This document shows, piece after piece, positions 29,295 to 39,337 of a stretch of DNA of 52,723 nt. Below the pieces are notes generated by a model that searched no databases, was not told the origin of the DNA, and saw only the letters and a list, made by a program, of their open reading frames with translations. The stretch's first letter is position 1. Each line of letters begins with the position of its first letter. The stretch covers positions 1 to 52,723 of the forward strand of contig JAZSIR010000023.1 in assembly GCA_045533905.1 (NCBI GenBank), in the 5' to 3' direction. The position numbers and the translations under genes are program-made. The stretch is from Clostridia bacterium. Its GTDB lineage: Bacteria; Bacillota; Clostridia; UMGS1883; UMGS1540.

Positions 29295-29717
29295 ATGGCA
29301 GCACTTGAAGAAAAGGTAGCATACCTGAAGGGCCTTTGTGAAGGCATGGAGATCGACACCGAGAAGGGCGAAGGCAAGCTCCTCGCCAAGATTATTGAGG
29401 TTCTCGGCGATATTACGGAAGAATTTGCCTGCTTTGCAGAAGATTATGAAGAACTGCAGGCACAGGTAGATGAAATCGACGAAGATCTGGGCTATGTAGA
29501 AGAAGATCTGTATGGCGATGACGAGGACGAGGAATGTGATTGCGGTTGCTGCGATTTTGACTGTGAAGATATAAAGTGCCCGAACTGCGGCGAAGAAATC
29601 TTCCTCGATGCGGATGTACTCGATCTTGAGGATGATGTTCTCATTTGTCCCGCTTGCGGCCACGAAATCGAACTGGAATGCGATTGCTTCTCGGACGATT
29701 TTGACGAAGAAGAATAA
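29295..29717 (+). CDS. CD1247-like acidic protein with a C-terminal zinc ribbon
   Basis: KVAYLKGL.EG N-terminus, CPNC..CPAC, conserved position after efp in Clostridia. Confidence 0.75.
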   Translation: MAALEEKVAYLKGLCEGMEIDTEKGEGKLLAKIIEVLGDITEEFACFAEDYEELQAQVDEIDEDLGYVEEDLYGDDEDEECDCGCCDFDCEDIKCPNCGEEIFLDADVLDLEDDVLICPACGHEIELECDCFSDDFDEEE

Positions 29718-29724
29718 AAACGAC

Positions 29725-29770
29725 AAAAAAACGGCGTGGAACGAAAAGTTTCGCGCCGTTTTTTGTTTTT
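29725..29770 (+). terminator. Intrinsic terminator
   Basis: AAAAAAACGGCGTGGAAC / GTTTCGCGCCGTTTTTT stem with U-tract. Confidence 0.75.
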
Positions 29771-29887
29771 TGTTACTTTTTACCAAAAGGAAAAATTCCA
29801 AAACCACGAAACCGCAAAAAAAGCGGCCCGGGGACCTTTTTGTTCGCCAATTTATTCTAAAAATTTAGAAAAAAATCAAAAAACCTA

Positions 29888-29916
29888 TTGCATTATATAG
29901 ATACTTGTGCTATAAT
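29888..29916 (+). promoter_or_regulatory. Sigma-A promoter for the ABC permease pair
   Basis: TTGCAT-17 bp-TATAAT with TG extension. Confidence 0.65.
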
Positions 29917-30084
29917 TAACATATCATTTATGGTGATTGTGCATAAGCTTTTGCAAAATATGCAATATTGAGGGCTTAAGAGTGCAGAAAAACTGTACAA
30001 ACCGCACAAGACTGAAAGGTGCTGGCCGGGTCCGGGGCCTGCTTACTTTATGAAAAACAGCGGACAGAAAGGTTTGGATACGCT

Positions 30085-30966
30085 ATGACCAGGAAACATC
30101 AGCGCTGGGGATGGCTGTTCGTATCACCGTACATAGTTAGCTTGCTCTTCTTTACGTTGGTACCGCTCGTTATTTCCATCTTTTTATCCTTTACGCGCTA
30201 CGACATGCTGAACCCTCCGAAGTGGGTAGGCCTTCAGAACTATATTAAGGCGACCATAGCAAGTGAGGCTGTATGGAAGTCTTTTAGAAACGTCTGGGTA
30301 TTCGGCATCGTTTATGAGACATTCAACATTTCGCTGGGCTGCGTATTGGCAGCACTTCTGAATCAGAAGATCTGGGGTCTTTCGGCTTTCCGTCTTATCT
30401 ATTATGTACCGGGCCTTACCCCGACTGCTGCTTCCGCCCTTGTTTTCAACCGTCTGTATAACCCGAAAAAGGGTACTTTGAATATGATTCTGGGCTACAT
30501 CGGCCTCGGCCCCTTCAAATGGAACTACAGTATGAACTGGTTTGAAGTTGTTGTTTCCATCATCATCATGCAGCTCTGGCGTGGCATTGGCGGTAGCGCT
30601 ATCTTCCTCATCGCAGGTATGCAGAACATCAGTAACGACGTAATCGAAGCTGCGGATATTGACGGCGCAGGCCCGATCCGTAAGTTCTTCAAGATTACCA
30701 TTCCGCTTCTTACACCGACCATCTTCTTCCTGGTCATCACCGGTATCGCCGGCGCACTCCAGGTATTCGAGCCGTTCTTTCTTCTTGCGAAAGAAACCGG
30801 TGCTGACGTAGGCGTTATCAACACACAGATTTACGGCCTTATGTGGATGGGTACCTCGCAGGTTGGTCGTGCAGCTGCCCTTGGTTGGTTCAGCTTCATC
30901 TTCGTTGCTCTGGTAACATATCTCCAGAAGAAATATGAGAAAAAGTGGGTGCACTATGATGCCTAA
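30085..30966 (+). CDS. Carbohydrate ABC transporter permease (CUT1, MalF/UgpA-like)
   Basis: WVGLQNY, EAADIDGA EAA loop, ITIPLLTP; about 6 TM helices. Confidence 0.9.
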   Translation: MTRKHQRWGWLFVSPYIVSLLFFTLVPLVISIFLSFTRYDMLNPPKWVGLQNYIKATIASEAVWKSFRNVWVFGIVYETFNISLGCVLAALLNQKIWGLSAFRLIYYVPGLTPTAASALVFNRLYNPKKGTLNMILGYIGLGPFKWNYSMNWFEVVVSIIIMQLWRGIGGSAIFLIAGMQNISNDVIEAADIDGAGPIRKFFKITIPLLTPTIFFLVITGIAGALQVFEPFFLLAKETGADVGVINTQIYGLMWMGTSQVGRAAALGWFSFIFVALVTYLQKKYEKKWVHYDA

Positions 30967-31837
30967 TACAGCTACATTAAACACAAACGTAAAACGCCCC
31001 GGCTTCTTTAAGCGTCGCAGAGAATTCAACATATTCGGTGTTCTGGTACTTTTCCTTGGTTGCTTCATCGTTTTGTACCCGTTCATATATGCTCTTTCTG
31101 CATCCCTTGCAGAAAATGAAGCCGGTGTATATTCCACCAAGTTATTCCAGGCTTTCAGGTTTGACAACTACGCCCGTGTATTTAGGGAAGCGGACTTCTT
31201 TACATACATCGGCAACACAATATTCCTCGTTGTTGTAAACAGTATTGGTACGGTTTTATCGAACAGCTTTATCGGCTTCGGTTTTGCACGGTACAATTTC
31301 AAAGGTTCGAATGCGCTCTTCTTCTTCTGCCTTTGCACGATGTTCCTTCCCGGTACCGTTATGAGCATCCCGATGTTCGTTATCTGGAGTGAGCTCCACT
31401 GCGTGGATACATACATTCCGCTTACCATCGGTGCATTCTTCGGTGGCGCTATGAACATTTTCCTTATGCGTCAGTGTTTCATGGGTCTGCCGGCAGGTCT
31501 GTATGAAGCGGCGATGATCGACGGTGCACAACCGCTTTACATCTGGGCTCGCATTTATATGCCACTTGCCCGTCCGATGATTGCAACTATGGTACTGCGC
31601 GTATTCACCGGTACATGGAACGACCTTTTCGGTCCCTTGATTTACCTCACAACCAACGAAAAGCGTACCATCTCCCTTGCACTTGCAAACTTCAACTCGA
31701 AGTACGGCGAAGGTGGCGGTGGCGCACAGCTCGTTATGGCCGCGGCCATTATCGCAATGGCACCCTCCATCGTAATCTACGGTTTCGTACAGAAGCAGTT
31801 CATTGCAGGTCTTGCATCTGCAGCCATTAAGGGTTAA
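30956..31837 (+). CDS. Carbohydrate ABC transporter permease (CUT1, MalG/UgpE-like)
   Basis: GFARYNFKG, EAAMIDGA, WNDL and QKQFIAG.....IKG motifs. Confidence 0.9.
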   Translation: MMPNTATLNTNVKRPGFFKRRREFNIFGVLVLFLGCFIVLYPFIYALSASLAENEAGVYSTKLFQAFRFDNYARVFREADFFTYIGNTIFLVVVNSIGTVLSNSFIGFGFARYNFKGSNALFFFCLCTMFLPGTVMSIPMFVIWSELHCVDTYIPLTIGAFFGGAMNIFLMRQCFMGLPAGLYEAAMIDGAQPLYIWARIYMPLARPMIATMVLRVFTGTWNDLFGPLIYLTTNEKRTISLALANFNSKYGEGGGGAQLVMAAAIIAMAPSIVIYGFVQKQFIAGLASAAIKG

Positions 31838-31852
31838 TCAGAAAAAAGCTAT

Positions 31853-31886
31853 AAATAAGCCGTTACAGTCCGTAACGGCTTATTTT
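31853..31886 (+). terminator. Intrinsic terminator
   Basis: AAATAAGCCGTTAC / GTAACGGCTTATTT stem. Confidence 0.8.
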
Positions 31887-31960
31887 GTGAATCGGGGTAA
31901 GAATCCCCGAAATGGGGAATACTAGAATTCGGCAGTTTTTTTGGAAAGGAAACAGGCAAA

Positions 31961-34213
31961 ATGATGATGTGTTCACGCTGCAACAAGAATGTGGCAGTGA
32001 TGTTTGTAACAAAAATTGAAAACGGCGAAAAGAAAACAGAAGGGCTGTGTCTTTCCTGCGCAAAGCAGTTAGGCCTTGATATGGGGCAGCTTGCGGGGAA
32101 TATGGGGATCGATCCCGAAAACTTTGAAAACATCAGCGAACAGGTAATGGAAATGATGGAGGAAGGGGATGGCGAAGGCGGTAGCCTTTTCCGTGACCTT
32201 TTCGGCTTTTTGGAGGGCGATGAAGGCGAAGCCAAGGAAGAAGAGCCGTACGAAAAAGAAGAGAAAAAAGCCGATAAGAGAAAGAAGAAGGATAAGAAGC
32301 GGATGCTCGATTCCTTCGGCACAAATCTTTCTGCGCGTGCAAGATGCGGCGAAGTAGACAGAGTCATCGGCCGCGAGGCGGAGATTACGCGATGTATGGA
32401 AATCTTAAATCGCCGCACGAAGAATAACCCCTGCCTTATCGGGGAGCCGGGTGTTGGCAAAACGGCCATTGCAGAAGGGCTTGCTATGCGCATTGCGGAA
32501 GGCCGCGTGCCCGAAAAGCTTCTCGATAAAGAAATCTTTCTCCTTGACTTTACGGCCATCGTCGCGGGTACACAGTTTCGCGGTCAGTTTGAAGCCCGCC
32601 TTAAGAGTATCATTGAAGAAACCAAAAAGCTCGGCAATATTATTCTGGTGATTGATGAGCTGCATAATATTGTAGGTGCAGGCGATGCTGAGGGCGCGAT
32701 GAGCGCGGCCAATATCTTAAAGCCGGCGCTTGCACGCGGTGAAATTCAGGTTATCGGTGCCACCACCACGGCCGAATACAGAAAGCATATTGAAAAGGAT
32801 GCGGCACTCGAGAGAAGATTCCAGCCGATTTTGGTGGAAGAGCCGAGCGTGGAGGAAACGATTACCATTATCGAAGGCATCAAGGAATATTATGAGGATT
32901 ACCATAAGGTAAAAATCCCGTACGAGGTCATCCGTGCGGCGGCCGTGATGAGTGAAAGATATATCACGGATAGATTCCTTCCCGATAAAGCAATTGACGT
33001 AATTGATGAAGCAGCTTCACGTGCAAATCTCAAAAATATACTTCTTGCGCGCCTTGCAAAGCTTCGGAAAGAGCTTTCCGCCGTGCAGGCCGAGAAAGAA
33101 ACGGCCGGTGGGGAGGATTCTGTTGAAAGCTATGAAAAGGCCGCAGACCTGAAAACCAGAGAATGTCGTCTCGAGGAGAAAATCCGCGAAGCAGAAGCGG
33201 AGATGGGCGAGGTCACGCTCACGGAGGAGGATGTGGCACGTGTTATTTCCGGCTGGACGAAAATCCCCGTCGGGCAAATTACAAAGGCAGAAACGTTGCG
33301 CCTTTTGGAGTTGGAGGAAACGCTTCGCAAACGCGTACGCGGGCAGGAAAAGGCAATTGCCGCCGTTGCGGGCGCTATGCGCCGCGGGCGTGCGGGGCTC
33401 TCGAAAGTGAGAAGACCGGTGTCCTTTATTTTCACGGGGAGTACGGGCGTTGGCAAAACGGAGCTTGCCCGCGCACTTTCCGAGGCAATGTTTGATACCG
33501 AAGAGGCGCTTATCCGCGTGGATATGTCGGAATATATGGAAAAGCACGCCGTTTCGAAGCTTATCGGCTCGCCTCCCGGCTATGTGGGATATGACGATGC
33601 CGGCCAGCTTACCGAAAAAATCCGCCGCCGTCCCTACAGTGTTATTCTGCTGGACGAAATCGAAAAGGCACACGCTGATGTGATGAACGTCTTTTTGCAG
33701 ATTTTAGATGACGGGCGCATCACGGATAGCCACGGCAAGCTCGTAAGCTTTGAAAACACGGTGATTATTATGACCTCCAACGCCGGCTCTGATTATAAGG
33801 GCACGGCGCCGGGGTATACCGCATCCCCTTCGCGCGCGGCAGAGGAAAAAGCAGAAAAGGCACTTCGCAGCTTTTTCCGGCCGGAGTTTCTCAATCGCAT
33901 CGATGAAATTGTAGTGTTCGAGAGCCTCGAAAAACCGGTGCTGATGGAAATTCTCGAGAAGATGCTTTCGGAATTTTCCGAAATGCTTTCCGAACGCGGC
34001 ATTTCGTTTGCAATTACCGATGCGGCGAAGGAAGTGCTTCTTGAAAAAGGGCTTGATGTGAAGAATGGCGCAAGGCCACTTCGCCGCGCCATTCAGAAGC
34101 ATATTGAGGACCGTGCGGCCACCCGGATTATCGAAGGTACGCTTCGCGCAGGCGACACGCTTTCGGTACGAAGTGAGGGTGATTCGCTTGTTGTTGAGAA
34201 AAAAAGCGAATGA
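31961..34213 (+). CDS. Class I Clp/Hsp100 ATPase (ClpC/ClpE-like) with an N-terminal zinc finger
   Basis: CSRC..CLSC N-terminal zinc finger; two AAA+ modules ([13 protein letters not shown] and [14 protein letters not shown]); GYVG pore loop; GARPLRR. Confidence 0.9.
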   Translation: MMMCSRCNKNVAVMFVTKIENGEKKTEGLCLSCAKQLGLDMGQLAGNMGIDPENFENISEQVMEMMEEGDGEGGSLFRDLFGFLEGDEGEAKEEEPYEKEEKKADKRKKKDKKRMLDSFGTNLSARARCGEVDRVIGREAEITRCMEILNRRTKNNPCLIGEPGVGKTAIAEGLAMRIAEGRVPEKLLDKEIFLLDFTAIVAGTQFRGQFEARLKSIIEETKKLGNIILVIDELHNIVGAGDAEGAMSAANILKPALARGEIQVIGATTTAEYRKHIEKDAALERRFQPILVEEPSVEETITIIEGIKEYYEDYHKVKIPYEVIRAAAVMSERYITDRFLPDKAIDVIDEAASRANLKNILLARLAKLRKELSAVQAEKETAGGEDSVESYEKAADLKTRECRLEEKIREAEAEMGEVTLTEEDVARVISGWTKIPVGQITKAETLRLLELEETLRKRVRGQEKAIAAVAGAMRRGRAGLSKVRRPVSFIFTGSTGVGKTELARALSEAMFDTEEALIRVDMSEYMEKHAVSKLIGSPPGYVGYDDAGQLTEKIRRRPYSVILLDEIEKAHADVMNVFLQILDDGRITDSHGKLVSFENTVIIMTSNAGSDYKGTAPGYTASPSRAAEEKAEKALRSFFRPEFLNRIDEIVVFESLEKPVLMEILEKMLSEFSEMLSERGISFAITDAAKEVLLEKGLDVKNGARPLRRAIQKHIEDRAATRIIEGTLRAGDTLSVRSEGDSLVVEKKSE

Positions 34214-34237
34214 TTTTGAATAAATATGTAAAAATAC

Positions 34238-34266
34238 TTGCCAAAATACAGAAAATATGATACAGT
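34238..34266 (+). promoter_or_regulatory. Sigma-A-like promoter for ferredoxin
   Basis: TTGCCA-17 bp-TACAGT with TG extension. Confidence 0.5.
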
Positions 34267-34294
34267 ATACAGAGAATAAAGGAGGTGTACATAG

Positions 34295-34465
34295 ATGGCA
34301 TATATTATTTCCGAAGATTGCATTAGCTGTGGTGCATGCGAAGCAGAATGTCCCGTTTCCTGCATTTCCGCAGGCGATAACACTTTCGTTATTGATGAGG
34401 ATGCTTGCATCGAATGCGGCAACTGCGCAAACGTATGTCCGGTTTCCGCTCCCCAGCAGCAGTAA
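34295..34465 (+). CDS. Clostridial-type 2[4Fe-4S] ferredoxin, 56 aa (not in the ORF track)
   Basis: Manual translation MAYIISEDCISCGACEAECPVSCISAGDNTFVIDEDACIECGNCANVCPVSAPQQQ has two CxxCxxCxxxCP motifs; RBS AAAGGAGGTG. Confidence 0.95.
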   Translation: MAYIISEDCISCGACEAECPVSCISAGDNTFVIDEDACIECGNCANVCPVSAPQQQ

Positions 34466-34529
34466 AAAAGGGTAAGAATGTCGGGGTCGCCCTTGGGCGG
34501 CCCCGTACACATACCGGGGGATTTTACAA

Positions 34530-35258
34530 ATGGAAGAATTTGAAAGAAAAGATGACCTTGGCATTTCCGGTCTCCATATCTGGCAGGACAGGCGCGAATT
34601 CTGCTTCGGTGTAGATGCCGTGCTTCTTTCTGCCTTTGCCGAAGTGAAGAAGGGCGAAGCCGTTCTCGATTTGTGTTCGGGAAACGGCATTGTTCCGATT
34701 CTTCTCGCGGGCAAAACAGAGGCCGGAGAAATCGTAGGTATTGAAATAAACCCCGCATCCGTTCGGCTTGCCGGGCGAAGCGTACGGGAAAATAACCTTT
34801 CCTATGTGCGCATTGTAGAAGGGGACATAAAAGATATTCGCGCCCATATCGGGCAGAAGCGGTTTGATGTGGTCACGGTAAACCCGCCGTACATAAAGGA
34901 TGGCGGCATACAGAATCCGAATCCCGCAAAGGCCGCCGCGCGGCACGAGATTTTGTGCACGCTTTCGGATGTACTTTCGGCGGCCGCAAAAAGCCTTCGC
35001 TTTGGCGGGCGGTTTTATATGGTGCACCGGCCCGACAGGCTTACGGATATTTTGAAAGAAATGCGAAGCGCAGGGATTGAGCCCAAACGCCTTCGCACAG
35101 TACATACAAGAGCGGATAGTGCCGCAAGTCTTGTGCTTTTGGAAGGCACTTTGGGCGGCGGTACTTTTTTGCGTGTGATGCCGCCGCTTGTTTTATACAG
35201 GGCGGACGGGCAGTACACCGAAGAAGCGCTCGCATGTTACGGAAGGAGCACCCAATGA
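34530..35258 (+). CDS. tRNA1(Val) adenine-37 N6-methyltransferase family (YabB-like)
   Basis: FGVDAVLL, LDLCSGNG SAM motif, NPPY and ARHE; directly upstream of rsmI. Confidence 0.88.
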   Translation: MEEFERKDDLGISGLHIWQDRREFCFGVDAVLLSAFAEVKKGEAVLDLCSGNGIVPILLAGKTEAGEIVGIEINPASVRLAGRSVRENNLSYVRIVEGDIKDIRAHIGQKRFDVVTVNPPYIKDGGIQNPNPAKAAARHEILCTLSDVLSAAAKSLRFGGRFYMVHRPDRLTDILKEMRSAGIEPKRLRTVHTRADSAASLVLLEGTLGGGTFLRVMPPLVLYRADGQYTEEALACYGRSTQ

Positions 35259-36082
35259 GCGGAACCTTGTACGTTTGCGCAACGCCCATCGGAAATTTAT
35301 CGGATATTTCAGAAAGGCTCCGGCAGACGCTGGAGTCGGTAGACCTTGTGGCGGCAGAGGATACGCGCCATACGGGGAATCTCTTAAAGCATCTCGGCAT
35401 TTCCAAACCGTGCATCAGCTATTTTGCACATAACAGACGTGGACACGGTGAAGTCATTATCCGCGAGCTTCTGGATGGAAAGAACGTGGCCCTCGTCAGC
35501 GATGCGGGCACGCCCGCGATCAGCGATCCCGGCGAAGAACTTGTGGCGATGTGCGCGAAGGAGAATATTCCCACCGTGCCCGTACCGGGCGCCTGTGCGG
35601 CCATCAGCGCCCTTTCAGTTTCCGGCCTTCCCACAGGGCGGTTTGTGTTTGAAGGCTTTTTGCCGATGCAGAAAAAGGGCAGAATGGAGCGGCTGGAAGA
35701 GCTGAAGAATGAAACGCGAACCATCATATTTTACGAAGCACCGCATAAACTGGTACGGACGCTTGAGGATTTGGTAAAAGCCTTTGGCGGGGAGCGGCGC
35801 ATCTCGCTTTGCCGCGAAATGACAAAGGTATTTGAGGAAATTTTCAGAACAACACTTTCGGAGGCGCTTCAGAAATATACAGAGGAGCCGCCGCGCGGCG
35901 AATTTGTGCTGGTAATGGAAGGTGCCACTGTTTGTGAGGAAGCGGCCTGGGAAACCCTTACAATTGAGGAACACGTGGCATTTTATGAAAAAGAAGGTAT
36001 GAGCCGGATGGATGCGGTGAAAAAAGTGGCCGCAGACAGAGGCGTTGCAAAGCGCGAAATTTATGATACCGTTATGCGGTGA
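35255..36082 (+). CDS. rsmI: 16S rRNA C1402 2'-O-methyltransferase
   Basis: ATPIGNL.D, AEDTR, VSDAGTPAISDPG and YEAPH motifs. Confidence 0.95.
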   Translation: MSGTLYVCATPIGNLSDISERLRQTLESVDLVAAEDTRHTGNLLKHLGISKPCISYFAHNRRGHGEVIIRELLDGKNVALVSDAGTPAISDPGEELVAMCAKENIPTVPVPGACAAISALSVSGLPTGRFVFEGFLPMQKKGRMERLEELKNETRTIIFYEAPHKLVRTLEDLVKAFGGERRISLCREMTKVFEEIFRTTLSEALQKYTEEPPRGEFVLVMEGATVCEEAAWETLTIEEHVAFYEKEGMSRMDAVKKVAADRGVAKREIYDTVMR

Positions 36083-36094
36083 AAGGACCACAGT

Positions 36095-37126
36095 ATGCAG
36101 ATTGCAATTTTGTTTGGCGGAAAAAGCGGAGAGCACGCAGTTTCCTGTATGTCTGCGGCATCCGTACTGGAAAATATCGATACCGGGAAGTATTCCGTTT
36201 TGAAAATCGGCATCACGCGCGCGGGCGAATGGTATAAAACCGAGGCGGCGCCGGAAGAAATTCGAAGTGGGGCATGGGAGAATCTGCCGCGCACGAAGGC
36301 AATTCTTTCGCCTGATACCGGGGACCACGGCTTTCTTCTTTTCGAAGAGGACGGTGTGCGCACGGCGCGCATCGACGTGATTTTCCCCGTGATGCACGGT
36401 GACTTCTGTGAGGACGGCTGCCTGCAGGGCCTTTGTGAGCTTGCCGGCATCCGCTATGTAGGCTGCGGCGTTTTAGCTTCGGCCGTTGGTATGGATAAGG
36501 AACTTGCGAAAGAAAGATTTGCCGCTGCCGGCCTTCCGGTTGCAGGTGGCATTATCATAGACAAGAAGGAGGAAGCGAAGGCAAAGGAGAAAATTGCGCT
36601 CTCGCTTTCGTACCCCGTTTTTGTAAAACCAGCAAACGCCGGCTCTTCGCTTGGCGCTTTCAAGGTTTCGTCGGAGGCAGAACTCGCAGAAGCACTTCGC
36701 GGCGCTTTTTCGTATGATGAGAAGGTGCTCGTGGAAGAATTTATCGAGGCGAGAGAAATTGAGTGTGCCGTTTTGGGGAATGACGACCCGAAGGCATCCG
36801 TACTCGGCGAAATTGTGCCTTCGGCAGAGTTTTATGATTATGATGCGAAGTATGTGGACGGTACATCCCGTCTCATTATTCCCGCGCCGCTTCCGGAAGA
36901 AGAAAGCGCGCGCCTTCGTGAGTACGCCATCCGCGCCTTCAAAGCGGTCGGCGCCGAAGGCTTTTCGCGGGTTGACTTTTTTAAGGATAAAAAAACCGGC
37001 CGCATCGTTGTAAACGAAATCAATACGATTCCGGGCTTTACCCAGATCAGTATGTATCCCAAACTCTGGCAGGCTACGGGGCTTTCGTATAAAGAGCTTA
37101 TCGACCGCCTTATCGAACTGGCATAG
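36095..37126 (+). CDS. ddl: D-alanine--D-alanine ligase
   Basis: GGKSGEH.VS, HG..EDG, KPA..GSS, FYDYDAKY and NEINTIPG motifs. Confidence 0.95.
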   Translation: MQIAILFGGKSGEHAVSCMSAASVLENIDTGKYSVLKIGITRAGEWYKTEAAPEEIRSGAWENLPRTKAILSPDTGDHGFLLFEEDGVRTARIDVIFPVMHGDFCEDGCLQGLCELAGIRYVGCGVLASAVGMDKELAKERFAAAGLPVAGGIIIDKKEEAKAKEKIALSLSYPVFVKPANAGSSLGAFKVSSEAELAEALRGAFSYDEKVLVEEFIEAREIECAVLGNDDPKASVLGEIVPSAEFYDYDAKYVDGTSRLIIPAPLPEEESARLREYAIRAFKAVGAEGFSRVDFFKDKKTGRIVVNEINTIPGFTQISMYPKLWQATGLSYKELIDRLIELA

Positions 37127-37142
37127 AAGGAGAAATTTACCT

Positions 37143-37171
37143 TTGCCTTGGGGGCGAAAATATGGTATACT
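37143..37171 (+). promoter_or_regulatory. Sigma-A-like promoter for DUF1934-argS
   Basis: TTGCCT-17 bp-TATACT with TG extension. Confidence 0.55.
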
Positions 37172-37206
37172 ATAGGTACCATACTGGCGCAAGAGGAGAA
37201 AACAGA

Positions 37207-37632
37207 ATGAATAAGGAAGTAATCATTTCAATAGAGGGGCAGGAAATGGTGCCCGAGCTTGGTGAGGAAAATGTAACGGAGCTTGTAACGGAGGGCAAAT
37301 ACTATAAAAAAGGGGACAAGCATTACATTTCGTATAAGGAAACAGAAGTCACGGGCTTTGAAGAGACGACCACTATGCTCAAAATCGAAAAGGACCGCGT
37401 GGCACTTACAAGGTATGGACAGGTGAACACCCATATGGTGTTTGCACCCGGTGAAAAGCACGTGGGGTATTATGATACGCCCTTTGGAAGCTTTACGGTG
37501 GGCATCGTATCTGATGACGTGAAGGTCGAATTCCAAAAGCACAGCGGCAAAATTGATATTCATTATATGCTGGAAATTGATAACAGCACCAAGGCGGAGC
37601 ATACGCTTTCGCTGAATGTGCGCGAGGCTTAA
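37207..37632 (+). CDS. DUF1934 (YwiB-like) beta-barrel protein
   Basis: Y.E.E..G, R.G and Y.TPFG motifs; conserved position upstream of argS. Confidence 0.8.
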   Translation: MNKEVIISIEGQEMVPELGEENVTELVTEGKYYKKGDKHYISYKETEVTGFEETTTMLKIEKDRVALTRYGQVNTHMVFAPGEKHVGYYDTPFGSFTVGIVSDDVKVEFQKHSGKIDIHYMLEIDNSTKAEHTLSLNVREA

Positions 37633-37651
37633 AAGTGGAGGAGTTTTAAAA

Positions 37652-39319
37652 ATGTACACACAGGAAAGAGTTTTACATACGGTAGAGAATCTGGTGCGCG
37701 AGGCCATTTTGAAGGCATTCCCCGAAGCGGAGATGCCTGCCTTTTTGGTGGAAGCACCTAAAGCCGATGCCCATGGCGACTTTTCGACCAATGCGGCGAT
37801 GCTTTTAACAAAGCCTTTGCGCCGTGCACCGCGTGATATCGCGGCGGTAATCCTTGAAAATATGCCGGAAAACGAGCTGGTACTTCGCACAGAAGTGGCA
37901 GGCCCCGGTTTTATCAATTTCTATCTAAATCCGAACTGGATTTACGGCACGCTTTCCGATATTGAAGAACGCGGTGAAAACTTCGGCCGTGTGACGGATG
38001 GAAGCGGCAAGAAGGTAATGGTCGAATTTGTAAGCGCCAACCCCACGGGTCCGATGCATATGGGCAACGCGCGCGGCGGTGCTATCGGCGACTCGCTCGC
38101 TGCACTTCTCGATATGGCAGGCTGGGACGTAAGCCGCGAATTCTATCTCAACGATGCCGGCGCACAGATTGAAAAGTTCGGTATGAGCCTTGAGGCGAGA
38201 TATCTGCAGATTTTAACGGGCGTGGAAGATTTTCCCGAGGATGGGTATCAGGGCGCCGATATTATGGAACTTGCCCAGGCGTATATTGATAATGGCGGCA
38301 AGAATCTTCTTCAGGCAGAAAGCGCAGAGCGCCGCTGTGCACTCGTAGAATTTGCGCTTCCGAAGAACATTGCCAAAATGCAAGCCGATCTTGCCAAATA
38401 CAGAATTTCGTATGATACCTGGTACAGAGAAAGCGAATTGTATAAGAGCGGCGAAGTAGAAGAGACGATAAAGCTCCTTACAGAGCGCGGCCTCACTTAT
38501 GAAAAGGAAGACGCTGTCTGGTTTAAGAGCACGGAGTTCGGTGCCGAGAAGGATGACGTTTTAGTGCGCGCCAATGGCATCCCTACCTATTTTGCAGCCG
38601 ACATTGCATACCATAGAAATAAGCTTGCCGGCAGAAACTTTGATCTTGCCATTAACATCTGGGGCGCCGACCATCACGGTCATATCGCCCGTATGAAGGG
38701 CGCAATGGAAGCGCTCGGCATTTCAGGCGACCGCCTTCACGTCATTACCATGCAGCTTGTACGCCTTGTGGAAAAGGGCGAGGTTGTCCGTATGAGCAAG
38801 CGCACGGGGCGTATGATTACGCTTTCTGACCTTCTGGACGAAATCGGCGTAGATGCCGCCCGCTTCTTCTTCAATCTCCGCCAGGCGGGCAGTCACTTTG
38901 AATTTGACCTCGGCCTTGCCGTCGAGCAGTCGAACGATAACCCTGTATTTTACGTGCAGTACGCCTACGCGCGTATCTGCAGTATTATCCGCCTTCTCGC
39001 GGAAGAAGGCACAAAGGTGCAGAGCGTAAAGGATATTGACTGCACGCTTCTGTCAGATGAGCACGAGCGTGCTCTCATCAAGAAGCTTGCAGAATTTCCG
39101 GAGGAAATCCGCGTAGCCGCGGCGGCGTTTGAGCCGTCCCGCATCACACGCTACGCTATGGATTCCGCCGCACTTTTCCATAGCTTCTATAACGCGTGCC
39201 ACGTGCGCACGGAGGATGCTGCACTTTCTGCAGCACGCCTCGCACTTGTAGAAGCCACCCGCGTGGTGCTTGCCAATGCACTTCGTATGCTTTCTGTTTC
39301 CGCACCGAAAAAAATGTAA
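37652..39319 (+). CDS. argS: Arginyl-tRNA synthetase
   Basis: HGDFSTN, GPGFINF, SANPTGPMHMGN, MSKRTG and YVQYAYAR motifs. Confidence 0.97.
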   Translation: MYTQERVLHTVENLVREAILKAFPEAEMPAFLVEAPKADAHGDFSTNAAMLLTKPLRRAPRDIAAVILENMPENELVLRTEVAGPGFINFYLNPNWIYGTLSDIEERGENFGRVTDGSGKKVMVEFVSANPTGPMHMGNARGGAIGDSLAALLDMAGWDVSREFYLNDAGAQIEKFGMSLEARYLQILTGVEDFPEDGYQGADIMELAQAYIDNGGKNLLQAESAERRCALVEFALPKNIAKMQADLAKYRISYDTWYRESELYKSGEVEETIKLLTERGLTYEKEDAVWFKSTEFGAEKDDVLVRANGIPTYFAADIAYHRNKLAGRNFDLAINIWGADHHGHIARMKGAMEALGISGDRLHVITMQLVRLVEKGEVVRMSKRTGRMITLSDLLDEIGVDAARFFFNLRQAGSHFEFDLGLAVEQSNDNPVFYVQYAYARICSIIRLLAEEGTKVQSVKDIDCTLLSDEHERALIKKLAEFPEEIRVAAAAFEPSRITRYAMDSAALFHSFYNACHVRTEDAALSAARLALVEATRVVLANALRMLSVSAPKKM

Positions 39320-39337
39320 CGAAAGAAGGAAAATTCC

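Noticed and set aside
29917-30084. c-di-GMP or c-di-AMP riboswitch in the ABC leader
   Set aside because: I could not match the conserved cores by eye; kept only as an unexplained long leader.
34257-34614. ORF-track ORFs 34257-34475 and 34405-34614
   Set aside because: Out-of-frame overlaps of the real ferredoxin gene at 34295-34465.
12694-37126. VanW-domain gene plus ddl as a vancomycin-resistance cluster
   Set aside because: They are about 23 kb apart with no vanRS or vanX. Ddl has the D-Ala-D-Ala-type FYDYDAKY loop, and the dehydrogenase-like gene is unlinked and degenerate, so it is not VanH.
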